The notes below the pieces were generated by a model. The model was not told where the DNA came from. It ran no database searches and saw nothing but the letters and a program-made list of their open reading frames with translations. DNA of 58,357 nucleotides, filler included, from Sphacelaria rigidula (lineage: Eukaryota), in NCBI GenBank assembly GCA_964200075.2. It is 9 parts of 9 records of this genome, joined end to end, with 100 filler letters (N's around TTAATTAATTAA, not from the genome) between each part and the next. Parts side by side here need not be neighbours in the genome. Positions count along the whole stretch, not along the records: positions 19,489 to 25,884 come from CAXNAA020020337.1; positions 25,985 to 32,379 come from CAXNAA020020338.1; positions 32,480 to 38,874 come from CAXNAA020020339.1; 6 more parts are not named here. One strand, given 5' to 3'. Below are positions 23,602 through 34,961 of the stretch, one piece after another (positions within the stretch are counted from its first letter, which is position 1; each line of letters starts with the position of its first letter). The translations under genes and the position numbers were made by a program.

Positions 23602-24541
23602 CACTCGTGGTTCCGATATAACAGCAGGGTGTGCCAGGAGGGTAACCTGCCGTTTTTCAGACATCTGCCCTTATCCGCAATAACGGCGCTACACCGTTAT
23701 CAAGGCCCTCAATAACCGCGCTCGGCCGTCATACCGGATGAAAGAGGCGTGGACAGCAAATTAAATATATCGACTACTGTAATTTCAGTTACGTCGTCCC
23801 TCCCCTCAAGGGAGCCGTAATGTCTCGGCATACGAAGGCTTTCAACAATACTGTAGAGCTATAGGCAGCAGCCGTTTAGCCGGAGGGATCAAACCATCAC
23901 GCACAGCAGGCATTTGCACACAGAAAAAAATGCACGAAGCAGATGACATTGGTACAATGAATATTGTTCTCTCTTCCTGCTTAGTTTTGTACTTTGCACT
24001 ATAATATCAGTCGTTCGATCCAAAAGCTTGAGAACTTCCGGCTTCTCCCCAAGATCGAGCCGCCTCCGGGGTTTCTTCGAATCATGGTTTGGCTTCTTCG
24101 ACGCCCCGATTTGTAGAAAGTCTTGGCCTTGCTTACGCTTGGCCGGATTCGATTGGCTTTTCTTCGCGACACATTTATGGCAGATGCGGTTCAACTCCTT
24201 GCCGTCTGGGTCATAAACCTCACCACAGCTGCCGTGAAGGCGGCCACCGCACCCACCCCAACAAGGATAACCGTGCTGCTCCCCATTGTATGACGTTACA
24301 TACGTCTTCGGCCGGACACGGCATTCAGTTGGAATTTGTCTGATTTGTTTCAATTGGTCTGCGCGCGCGCAGCAGGCTGAGGGGGCACCGCAACTGCAGA
24401 ACTGACAGCCCGATATAGCGGTGCATGCCGTTATACCGGAGTGTGCCCGGTATACCGGGATGCATTCGTGCCATCAGGTTTTGCCATCGCTGTTCAGGCC
24501 ATTTCGCTATTGAAGTCACCGTTATATCGGGACCATGACTG
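23602..24541 (-). mobile_element. Internally deleted pogo/Tigger-like (Tc1/mariner) DNA transposon
   Basis: TA|CACTCGTGGTTCCGATATAAC... and ...GTTATATCGGGACCATGACTG|TA form TIRs with a TA TSD. Internal ORF 23889-24353 has a Cys/His motif followed by 'RRRLDLGEKPEVLKLLD', resembling the start of a CENP-B/psq HTH. No DDE domain. Confidence 0.75.
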
Positions 24542-25642
24542 TACTGTCTCTCCTCTCTGCATACAACACAACTGTACCGCAGCAAGAACACACTCGCGCC
24601 CTCTTTCATGTGTTGGAGTTATCTGTCACTGTACGGATATGGGTAGGAATGGGAGCCCTTACGACCAAAAATCGACACAAGATTTAAAACAAAAAATAGC
24701 GCGGAGGAATAATGCATACGTCAGTAGTTGGTCGGACCTGTGCCGAGGCCATCACGAACAGAACAGATGCACAATCACTGATTAACTTGGTGTAGTATAG
24801 GAAAGCTGTAGCAGTGGAGATCGCTCAGTTCTCGACACATGAAGCAAGCCAGCCCACGGCACTTGACAGCCATCCGCATACACACAATATCTAGGTGACC
24901 TAGTTTGATACTTTGCTGGCCTCGCGTCAGCGGCCTGGAAATCCCCCCCAGAGCAGAAAACACCTTATTCTAGTATATTTGGGTTCTTTGCGAGTTAGCA
25001 TCATGCGCAAACGCGAAAAATAAACTAGGCAACAAAGCTTGGGTGTGTGGAAAGCACACGCAAGAAACCGCAGTCCAATCCCCTACTTCGTTGCCGAGAT
25101 ATAAGCGTTGCGCGATCGGCACTTTTGGGTGGAGGATCGGGAGCGTATTTCGAGGTCAAAGATAGCAAATTAAAGAAAGTCGGTGCGCATATTTTTTTCC
25201 TTTCCGCAAGCAAGTTGGGACGATACTACTGTATGCAGTTTGGTTGCGTGCCACAAGCCGCTGCTTTGTTGTGTGCGGCTGTGCACAAAGGGCAATTTCG
25301 CCTTTCAACGGCGAGTATCCTTTCAAGTGTCGAATTACAGACAGAGAGTTCACAGAAGAAAGACGAAGCTGGCGGCTGCTCTGTGTCAGGGCTCCTCTGC
25401 AGCAATAGAGAAGCCGTTTACTGTACTGTGTAGTGTAGCGTAGTACAGTGATGTGGTAACAGCCCAGGATGATGCGAGACCGGCTTATCCACCACCAGTG
25501 AGAAGGGAGAATAAGTTGACTTCCGCCGTCGTCGGGTTGGTGTGTTCGTTGGTGCCTTGTACAACAGCTGTTGATTGAGAAGAAGGGCTAACGGACGGCA
25601 CCAATGTCCCGCGATGGTTTGGGAAGTATCGCCTGGCACGAT

Positions 25643-25884
25643 GGGGGGGGGGAGTCATTTGTCCATTGACCACGCATCGCTTTTGAGACGGAGTACCGTT
25701 CCTACTCCCCATGGAGACACCTCCAACATTTGGGTGCTCATTGCGGTTCTTCCATACATTACACAAAACCCCTTTACGTATGTCTTCATCTACTTCCTGT
25801 TTCGCCGTCTGTGGCCACCATCTATCTCGCAATGGGGGGGGGGGAGGGGGGGGGTACTCATGATCATGCATGCCATAGTCATCA
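25643..25884 (-). mobile_element. Two stacked non-LTR 3' fragments, each followed by a C-tract
   Basis: Minus strand: subfamily-B end ...CATGAGTAC plus C-tract, then 'DRWWPQTAKQE...LCNVWKNRNEHPNVGGVS...CVVNGQMT' plus a short C-run. Homologous to 13140-13300. Confidence 0.75.
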
Positions 25885-25984
25885 NNNNNNNNNNNNNNNN
25901 NNNNNNNNNNNNNNNNNNNNNNNNNNNNTTAATTAATTAANNNNNNNNNNNNNNNNNNNNNNNNNNNNNNNNNNNNNNNNNNNN
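25885..25984. other. Artificial contig linker
   Basis: N44-TTAATTAATTAA-N44. Confidence 0.97.
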
Positions 25985-26056
25985 CCCCTCCCCCCCCCAC
26001 ACAGATCAGAGTTCTACTGAAGCGGCAGAGAGTATTCCTTGAGTAGTACATTTAAA

Positions 26057-26221
26057 GGACGAGCACTCGAGTCATTGTTCGTTGTGAAAAAAATATATGA
26101 CTCGAGCACACGAGTCACTACTCGTTGTGAGAAAAATCATGACTCGAGCACACGAGTCATGCTCGTTGTGTTTCAAAAAACATCCACGAGTGCACTCGTT
26201 TCGACGAGTAATGACTCGTCT
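26057..26221. repeat. Short array of palindromic GACTCGAGCACACGAGTC-type units (~40-bp period)
   Basis: Units at about 26057, 26099, 26141 and 26186, separated by TCGTTGTG-A-rich segments. Confidence 0.65.
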
Positions 26222-26354
26222 AACGTGCGGAAAGCTATCCCTGTCTCCCACATTTATTGCAAGGAATTTCGATCGTACAGGACAAGCAAATCAGCCCGCT
26301 CGAAGGGGAACACAAATATAGCAACTGCCGCGTCCCGTTAGGGTGAAAATAATC

Positions 26355-26610
26355 ATGGGCTCGGTTTTTGCCAGATGCGGTTGGGTCCTTTTTTTAAGTA
26401 TCTGATTTCCGACATTGAAAGCATGAGGGACGTCAGTAGCAAAAGCAGCACCTTTGACTGAGTTTGCTTGACGAGAGTCGACGTGGTGCAGGAGTGCTGG
26501 CCATGATCCAATCCGCGAGACCAAAATGCAGGGCGCGTACCGGGGAACATGGGAGTTGATCGTCTGAGACCGTGGATTCGTCCCGGCAAAAGGGAGAGTT
26601 TCAAATTACC
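26355..26610 (+). repeat. SINE-like family 2 copy
   Basis: TATCTGATTTCC motif plus body shared with 31604-31870 and 33170-33440. Confidence 0.75.
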
Positions 26611-26988
26611 ACGGAACAAAGCAAAAGGCAGGAGATGCAACGACTCGAATAATCGCTCAGTCAACGCCTTGGGTACCCTTGAATGCTCAGTACTCAGGGG
26701 TACCCGGTACTGCAAATATTTTGGAGATCAGCACGTACCTAGGGTACGGTATCGCACTCCACCCACTCTCGAAGGCTTACCAACACGTTGCATGCTGGTG
26801 TCTTTGTACCTCCGTGCTTCCTTGAAGCAAAGTTACATCCCCGCTCATGAATCGACACGCTATAGGTTTCCGCCAGTTGCACCGTGCACGGTATAATCTA
26901 AACTGCAATAAAAATAACAGCAACAGCAACATAACCGCATATTTCCCTGCGAACACAAACAACCACAAACTCATCTACACGAACACAC

Positions 26989-29900
26989 CTCTCGTAGGGT
27001 TTGAAGCGTCGACTCGGTGGGCCACTCCATCTTCTTCCGCCCAGCTACGTGGGGTGCCTTGTACAGAATATCTTCCAACATCAGATATGAATCATAACAA
27101 CACCAACAGCAACAACAAGAGCGGACCATGACAGCAACAACAGGAGACGAAAGACAGGCGAATAGGGGCAATGCGGAAAGGTGGACGAAAAAGTCAGTAC
27201 CATGGTCGAGCCGGTGCTGGAGTGAGTGGGCCTTACCCCTTAGACACGACCCCCCCGCAGGTGGACTGAGTTGGACTATGCCACAATAGGGGTTCAGAGC
27301 AGGTCTTTTCTCGCTACACCAAACACCTTTTTCATGAACATGTGGACATTTGCCATCGAAATAGAAAATGGTTCCGTAGAACCCCTGACCAGTTTTGACC
27401 CTGCGGTCAATTGCGTGCAGAGTTGGTACGTATGCTGCATGTCTTCACTGGATACAACGGCAAGCGGCAGTATGAGTGTGTCATCACTCTCCATTGAACA
27501 CAATTTACTGCGCGTTACTGATGCCTCTGTCTATAGTGCTCCACAAAAACACTGCAGACAGTGTGAAGCTATGCTGGCAGCACATGAGCGGTCAGGCAGG
27601 CGGCGTAGACCACGAGCAGAGTAATTTGATTGATTGATTGTCGCACTCTAACTGACCCCCCAGGGGTCCAGCCATGGTCTCATGATAGACGTACCCAAGA
27701 AAAACGAAACAGAAGAAAAAACAACTTATTTGTACCCACGTGATATATGGTTGATTTCCCATGACTAAAATGAGTCGTGGAGGCAGACAGCGAATTAGTC
27801 TAATGTAATCGACCCGAACCGGCAGAACGTACTCATTTTGACGACCGTGATTGGTCAGAATGGGCATACCGCGCCTCTCGGACCTCGTGCACGGTTCATA
27901 ATTTTACGCGGAAAACTTCCACACACACATGGTTGACTTGGTGAGCTTTTCGGCTCCTCTGCGGACATAACCCCCTTCCCCCCGTCAAAAACCACACCCT
28001 CCGACCACTGGAAACCCCCGGACGTCTCCGGACTGTCAGCCTGTGAAACTGTTCCGAGGCGACGCTCGATGTCTAAGGGTTTAGCAGCATCGGCGACACA
28101 ATCGGGTACTTTCTTATTTTTGCCCACTCGAGTCCTGATGATTTCTGATGACGGAAACCACGGGAGAAACGAAAAAAAAGGAGTGTATTGAAATTCGTGT
28201 TCATAAAATTTTCAAAAAAAGAATAGCGTTCATGTATTCTTTGACAGCCGGGGGCGAGGTAACTGCAGGTTGCGAAAAAAAAAGCAGCGACCAAGAAAAA
28301 ATATAGCACAATAGTCTGACGGGAAAGCAAACCAAGCACACGCACCCTTTCCATCGCCTTGGGCATCACCAGCGAGAATTTTCAGGGCGTTGAGCTTGTG
28401 TTGCTCGTCCATACGACGAAGCATCACCACGTCATTCCGCCCCTGGAGGCACTGGTGACCGGAATCCACCGTTCCGTGCCCATCTTGATGGAAGGCGGTT
28501 ACGCTGCCGGGCGGAGTCAGGTACAGGTTCGGCCCCATGAATGGTCGCGCCTCTCGAGGCATGAACTTCATGAGGCAATTGCTTCCGGCGGGATGCACAC
28601 CCATCTTTAGCTTGTCAGTCAGGTTTGCGGCCATCTCTGGTGCGTATCTGAGGGGCGATAAAAACGGAAGGTGGGGAATGTTCGATGGGGAACAAACCAC
28701 TGTAGATACGGAGCCTCTGCTTCTGCTGCTGTTGGGAAACATCCTTCATGGAACAAACGTTAGCATGTCAAGCCAAGAAAATGTCGAGAACATGGGAAAC
28801 GATGAAGAAAAGCATTCCACTTATAGATCAAAGGGTTCAACATGCTCTTCAGGAATAGGCAAGGCTGTGACATGTCGGGTACGGATACGCTCGGTAGGGT
28901 ACGAGATTCCTAGTATAGCGTGCAGAACTCTCGGATACCAGTATTGAAGTCTTGCAAAACATACAGAACCTGCAGGGCAGGGCATGGATGTTGTACAGAA
29001 ATCTCTACCCACACCCGGGTATTTCTACAACGATGAACCCTAACCCCCGGAAACGGTGAACAAACGTTTTACACAGATCTTTAAGAACCCACAGAACTAT
29101 CGGGTACGGGTAAGACCCTGGTAAGAACCCCGAGTATACATAAAATCGTGCCCTGCAGGAAACAATCTTGAAGATATGACTGGATTAGACGTGACAATGC
29201 TCCGCGTGTGGGAGCCATTTGGCGCTATTGTTTTTCCCAAACCCCGAGTTTATTGTCAAGTTTGGGTTTCCTGACGTGACTTGCACGCCTGGGCGCACCA
29301 AGGAATGACACGGGGCATGGCAATTTATTAGTATTATTACTACTATGAACGAAAAAAACTCCCGCCCTCGCTCCCCCTGCCCCACCATTCCCTGACGCCC
29401 GATTACACCTTTTCCCATCTGAATACAATAAACAATCGTGTCTCACCTGGTCGCGTCCATATCCGTCAGGTATATCACCTCGCGCAATAAGGCAACAGTG
29501 TGCACCTTGCCGTCGCAGCCCACAAACTCCATGGTAGGCTCACTGTCGCCGGGTCCTCCCGCCGCGGTGGCAGCCTCACCACCCCCGCCACTCCCGTCAC
29601 TCCTGTCTCCTCCTCCGACTCCCCCACCCGCTCCGTGATCGCCGCTGTGAAGACCCGCAGCATGGGTAGCCCCTGTCTTCGGTACCGCGGCCGCCACCGT
29701 CGCTGTGGTCGCCGATGAGTCGTGTTCTATGTTTACAGTAAAGCTGTCCGGAGTACCGCCGCGCGATGACGAGTCCTGTTCTGCCGGTTCCACTGCTGTT
29801 GCGGCCGCTGCTGCTTCTTGGGTCGCCTTGGCGCGCAACGCGATTCCTCGCTCTTCAGCGTACCTGGGGTCGGGGGTTGATGTTACCGGCAGGAGAGTCA

Positions 29901-31025
29901 ACAAGCTCTGCCGAACAGCGAGTGGGCTTTTTCAAGGCCGGTACCAACTGTGTCAGCAATTTCAAGGACGGCGTATTAAATCACAGGGGGCCCTCCGCCC
30001 CCTTTCCTTAGGGTATAAAGTTGGTACATCTATACTGTTAGCTAGGGTTTTCTCCAACAAGCATGCCCACGAGCAACTGCAGAATGCACTTGGTGGTCTC
30101 ACGACGAGCACATTCTCATGGGATTGTAGTACCGGTGTACAACGACGAACAGCGTACAATACAACAAGTAGTCCAACGGCTGTTACACGATCTCGGCTCA
30201 TGTTCAACAATGAAAAGAAAATTTAAAGTGCCAAGATTTTTTGTTTTACTCCAGAACGACGAATGCGGAAAAAAACAAAATATGGAAAAAAAATTGAGAG
30301 TTGAGCATAGGCAACTTATTCTCGTCTCCAGACAGGGGTTTGTTGGGAGCAAGGGCACTTGCATGATCACACTGAACAGATTTTTGCGAAATATAGTAGC
30401 ATCGAGATGAGTAGGGTCGCAGCGTACAGAAGAGTACGGGCGCGTTGGACGAAGGTCTGCATGTTTGCTGCTGGAATCGACCTCTACAAACGTCATAATC
30501 CAGATCCATGATCTTGGCCGGTCTGGCCGAGTTCGGTGCGATTGCAGCATACCCGGACGCGGGGAGCCATTGCGTAGATACATGTCGTGTGCTGTCTTCC
30601 AACATCAAGACAGGAGAGATCGCAACCATCGGGAGGGAAGGGCGTGCACAGGATAGTACAGTTGTCGAGATAAAAGTTCAACTTGCACTAGACGTCGTTG
30701 TAGGGGTAGTGGCATCCTGGACGGTGAACTAGCCCACAAAGGCAAGCGGGATACATGGACAAAAAAACACAGCTTCACAGGGAAAGAGGTCAACAGTGGC
30801 TATCAACTCATCAAAGACAGAAGAAAAACACACGCACACACACTGAGGAACGAAATCGATCGAATCATTCAGAATCCATAGCTGCCCTTTTCCAAACTAC
30901 AGCAAACCCACCGACACCAGTCGCCAATCGTCATGGATGGCCAGGCTTGCTCGTCGTTCTCCACCGGAACAAACGGGCCGTCCGGTTTATCTTTCGATTG
31001 CACGAACCGGCGAAGCTTGTGGTAC
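26989..31025 (-). CDS. JmjC-domain 2-oxoglutarate/Fe(II) dioxygenase, internal part (exons 31025-30912, 29863-29447, 28647-28346, 28144-27929, 27071-26989)
   Basis: Phase-consistent splicing (2, 2, 1, 1) gives ...WPSMTIGDWCR|YAEER...VIYLTDMDATR|YAPEM...CLMKFMP..ARPFMGPNLYLTPPGSVTAFHQDGHGTVDSGH...ILYKAPH...WPTESTLQTLRE. The HxD iron-binding motif follows 'NLY..PPGS.T.F'. The last two exons are less certain. The distal His was not found and probably lies beyond the recovered exons. Confidence 0.85.
27626..27720 (-). repeat. Retroposon 3'-end family 4 with (TCAA)n tail
   Basis: (TTGA)n...CCAGCCATGGTC...GTACCCAAG recurs at about 35503-35590, 39783-39880 and 46047-46165. Confidence 0.6.
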
Positions 31026-31603
31026 CTGCACACACCAAGTTGCACAGGCAGCAGGTGTCCGGGGGAAAATCACGCAGGGTCCATATTTCAGAGGGAGGGA
31101 GGAAGTATCAACAATAAAATGCTCATCTAATGGCGGTCGCCGTCTCCAGGTTATGGCACATCAAAGCGAGTCTCACCGTTCTTTGAGGATTTTAATGCCG
31201 ACAATGGACAAACCTTCATCGAATTATATTCGCTGTGCTTCGAAATCTCCGAAAATGTGAGAATGAGAATTGGCAAAGGGCAGTAAGTTGCAAGGGGTGC
31301 AAGCCCGCGGGCTTCAGATGTGCACTGATCAAATGGTTGACACAAGAGGAGCGTGCGGGATACCGGGGGAGAGACGGCTGAATCTCATGAAATTTATGGA
31401 CTCGTCCCGAGGAGGGCTGGGGAGAGGGTGGGGGGGAATGGACGGAATAAAAAAATAGTGTTGTAGCCTGGTCTCACCACTCCAGCTTTTGAGACTCATC
31501 TCACCACCTCAAGTTCTGGGGAGAGGTGCAAACTGACCTTTCGAACCTCACTTCTGTGGCGAACACACACGCATACACCTCTACAGATGGATATAAAATC
31601 CGC

Positions 31604-31870
31604 CGCGCCCCGGTAGTCTAAATTAAAATGGTCCAACTGACCACGTCAGGGTGCAGAGAGTACGAGTTCGATTCCCGCCCGAAGCATTCGGCTTTTTTTT
31701 ATGGATCTGATTTCCGCCGTTCAAAGTGATTACTCCACGCGCTAGTGCTAATCCAATGTGCGAGACCAAATTGCAAGGCGTGTACTGGTGAGAGATGGGT
31801 TGATTCCCTGAGACCACACACTTATCTTGAGGAAGGGGATGGGTTCAAAATGTGATAAATAAATGAAATA
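31604..31870 (+). mobile_element. tRNA-derived SINE-like family 2, copy with head
   Basis: A-box-like GGTAGTCTAAAT and B-box GAGTTCGATTCC (31664-31675) lie upstream of the family-2 body. Confidence 0.55.
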
Positions 31871-32379
31871 TACGTCCACTTGACCGAATTTTTGAAGAAA
31901 AAAACGTGTCATGTCCGGAATTATTGTCGTTTCCACATTGAAAGCCGCTCCCATATCTGCGCAGTGCTTCTTACTTCCGTACGGCCGCATCTGATGCGGA
32001 CGCGTTCCGTGGTCACAGGCTAACTACTGTACTCAAATAAGCTACAAGCAGATCGAATAAAAGTAAAGATGGAACCCAGAAATATCGACACGGGTGCGGT
32101 AAAGTAGATATATATATATAATATATATTATATGAGTATCGATAACCTCATGTGATCCGGGGCCGCCGGCGATCATTCGGACTACAGTAGTTAACATCTG
32201 AAATAGGAGATTTTCCAGTTTTTCGCAGTCGGGGATATTCGAAAGTGTTTTCGCGTGCCATCGCTCATCCCGGTGAAAGTTTGATCCTCAAAGTTTGGGG
32301 ATCGGGAGATGCTAGGCATCCCCTTCACATTCCAAAATAATACGGGCTGGGCCAGCCTAAAAACGGATTTAAGCTCTAA

Positions 32380-32479
32380 NNNNNNNNNNNNNNNNNNNNN
32401 NNNNNNNNNNNNNNNNNNNNNNNTTAATTAATTAANNNNNNNNNNNNNNNNNNNNNNNNNNNNNNNNNNNNNNNNNNNN
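32380..32479. other. Artificial contig linker
   Basis: N44-TTAATTAATTAA-N44. Confidence 0.97.
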
Positions 32480-33169
32480 GCCAACCGACGCCAACCCCAT
32501 CGGGGGTCCGCCCCTACAAAGCCGAGACGGAGCACGCCGGGTACATGGGGTCTCGGAGGGTTATTTTGGGGCACTCTCGGTGCATACAAACATGTTAATT
32601 CTCCGGACTTTCATCCCCAATAAATAATCCATCCCCAATTTGTAAAATCCCGTGTTGAGAGCTCAAACCCGTGTCTAGGCTAGACATAACACAGAACAAT
32701 TTCAGTGGACACATGAACCTGAGCGCCCCACCGTGCCCGCGAGCAAAAACAAACATACGGAGGAACGAAACCAAACACCACGTCAACCAGAAAAGCTTAG
32801 CTCCATTTCATTTATACATCATTCATTACGCAAGCTTTCGTCTGGCCGAACTAGGACACATGATAAAAAGTACCGAGTGAGCTGAAACGCGACGGCGAAA
32901 AACGAACCATACCACTGGTCACCAAACATATCTTCACTGCAGTAGCGAAAAAGAGCAACGAGGTTTCAGCGTTTCGCCCTGGTATATGATATCAAGTATT
33001 TCACGTTCGAGTACAGGGACTGACTGCACAAGCATCAACAACAGGTACGTAATCCTATGCATACGAGCCTCGCTAATACAGTCGTTGAAACTTTAACGTT
33101 TTTGCAGTTGTTGACTATATTATACCGCGGTCTAAAAGTCGGACAGTCGTCACCATTATGGTCGAGAAA

Positions 33170-33440
33170 ACGTGGTAGGTTCGCTTCCTCAATCGCTTTC
33201 TTCTTCGAACTATCTGATTTCCACCTTGGAAAACCGTGAGTACATGAGTAAACAAAAACTAGTCGACGGAGTTCGTTTGACAAGAACTGACGCGGTGCGG
33301 GAGTGCTGATATTCATGATCCAATCCGCGAGACCAAAATGCAAGGCGTGTACCGGGGGAGAGATGGCTTGATCCCTTGATACCAAGGACTCGTCCCGAAA
33401 AAGGGGGTGGGTTCCAAGTGTAACAGAAAATAAAACCTTT
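33170..33440 (+). repeat. SINE-like family 2 copy
   Basis: GATCCAATCCGCGAGACCAAAATGCAAGGCGTGTACCGGGGGAGAGATGG body. Confidence 0.75.
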
Positions 33441-34606
33441 GTTGGGCTGGTTTGGGGGGGGGCTATCGTAGAAAGTGTCAAGGTGACATTTACAACGGCA
33501 GGGATCACCGTCCCCGATCACGCAGTCACCGTCCGGTCACGTAACTACCGCCGCCGCCGCCGCCGCCGCCATCCCACGACAACCGTCACTCTTGCCAGTG
33601 GGAGATCCTGGTACAGTCCAGTGCGGTGCCATGACACGGGATTATCTCTGGACTCTATCGGGACCATACACTATAACCATATGTAGCAGAGAGGGTCGGA
33701 GTTGCGTCGAGTGAGCTTTCCGACCACCTTCAGGCTGTCACTATTGCACAGTCTGACCTCTCACGCAAATTTATCTCATGACCTACTACGATATCATGAT
33801 GTCGGCACCCCACAGTACTGTTGTCGAGGATGCGCCCACAGCGGGAGCTTCAAGGTGCTATACGCCCCAACATATTACGTGCACCTTTTCTGGTGTACAT
33901 GGCATACGTCACTTCGCTCGTCTCGTTTCATCCCTTGATGCAACGAGTAGAATGGAAACGGTGGCATCACCCTTATCCATCAACCTCACTCAGCCGCATG
34001 ACAAAAAAAAACGCAGTGACTGGCTAAACAGGTGACAAAAAAAGCAGCATAATCTCCCGACAAGCCCTCACCACCGACTAGTGTTGTTCCCGTGTGCCGT
34101 TCATTGAACCGTTCAGGTGTTCATTTCGTTGGTTGGTTGGTTCATCCCCGGTTCATTTCGTCCACCCACCGACGTACTGTACTACACTGCACCATACGAT
34201 ACGAGATCGGGTTCAAGAAAGGGAAAGGAACAATGGGGACAACGCCTCCGAAAAAAAAAAGAGAAGGCAGGGAGCACAAAAAATTAGAGCAGCAGACTAG
34301 GGTATGAACCGCTTCACGTATGAGCAGCTACTGCCGCCCGAGCACTACACCCCTCGTCCGCATGGTGAAACAGAACACTAGGGGGTTGCTCTCAACGTCG
34401 TTCATTACAGGACCCGCGTATGGCCATTCGACAGAACGTCGTGTATCGTACCAATGATTATCGTACCCGTTGCGTGCAACATCGGCTGTGCGAATGCACC
34501 CACCGCTCCCTCTCTCAACCCGGCGAAGCAGTCCACCACACGCCCACAGGTCGCGCACGTGCAAGACATAATTTCCGTGTTTTTCCCTGACTTCCCACGG
34601 CTCATG

Positions 34607-34925
34607 TCATTGACTTCTCGTTAGAGCTGCTGATACTTTTCGTGCATTGTGCTGCTGGATTCCGTGGGCTTGATCGCCGTCGCCGCCTCTCCTCTGGTAA
34701 AATAATACATACGCGGCCGGGGTCACGAGGTTCTCGTCATTCTCCACGACAGACACGTGATCGTCCGACACCTCGTACCAACCGTCATCGTGCTCGTTGC
34801 GCACAAAGGCTGTATAATGACCCCCCCCCAGGCCTCCGTAGTGATTCACCACGCCCCACAAGTCATACAGGGACCCATTCTCAAGTCTGTCTTTGCTTTC
34901 TGCGGTTCGCTCATCGGCTTGCTGC

Positions 34926-34961
<36 letters not shown>

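Noticed and set aside
26057..26221. Mini-CRISPR of palindromic repeats
   Set aside because: The 'spacers' resemble each other and the repeats vary, which fits a tandem or MITE structure.
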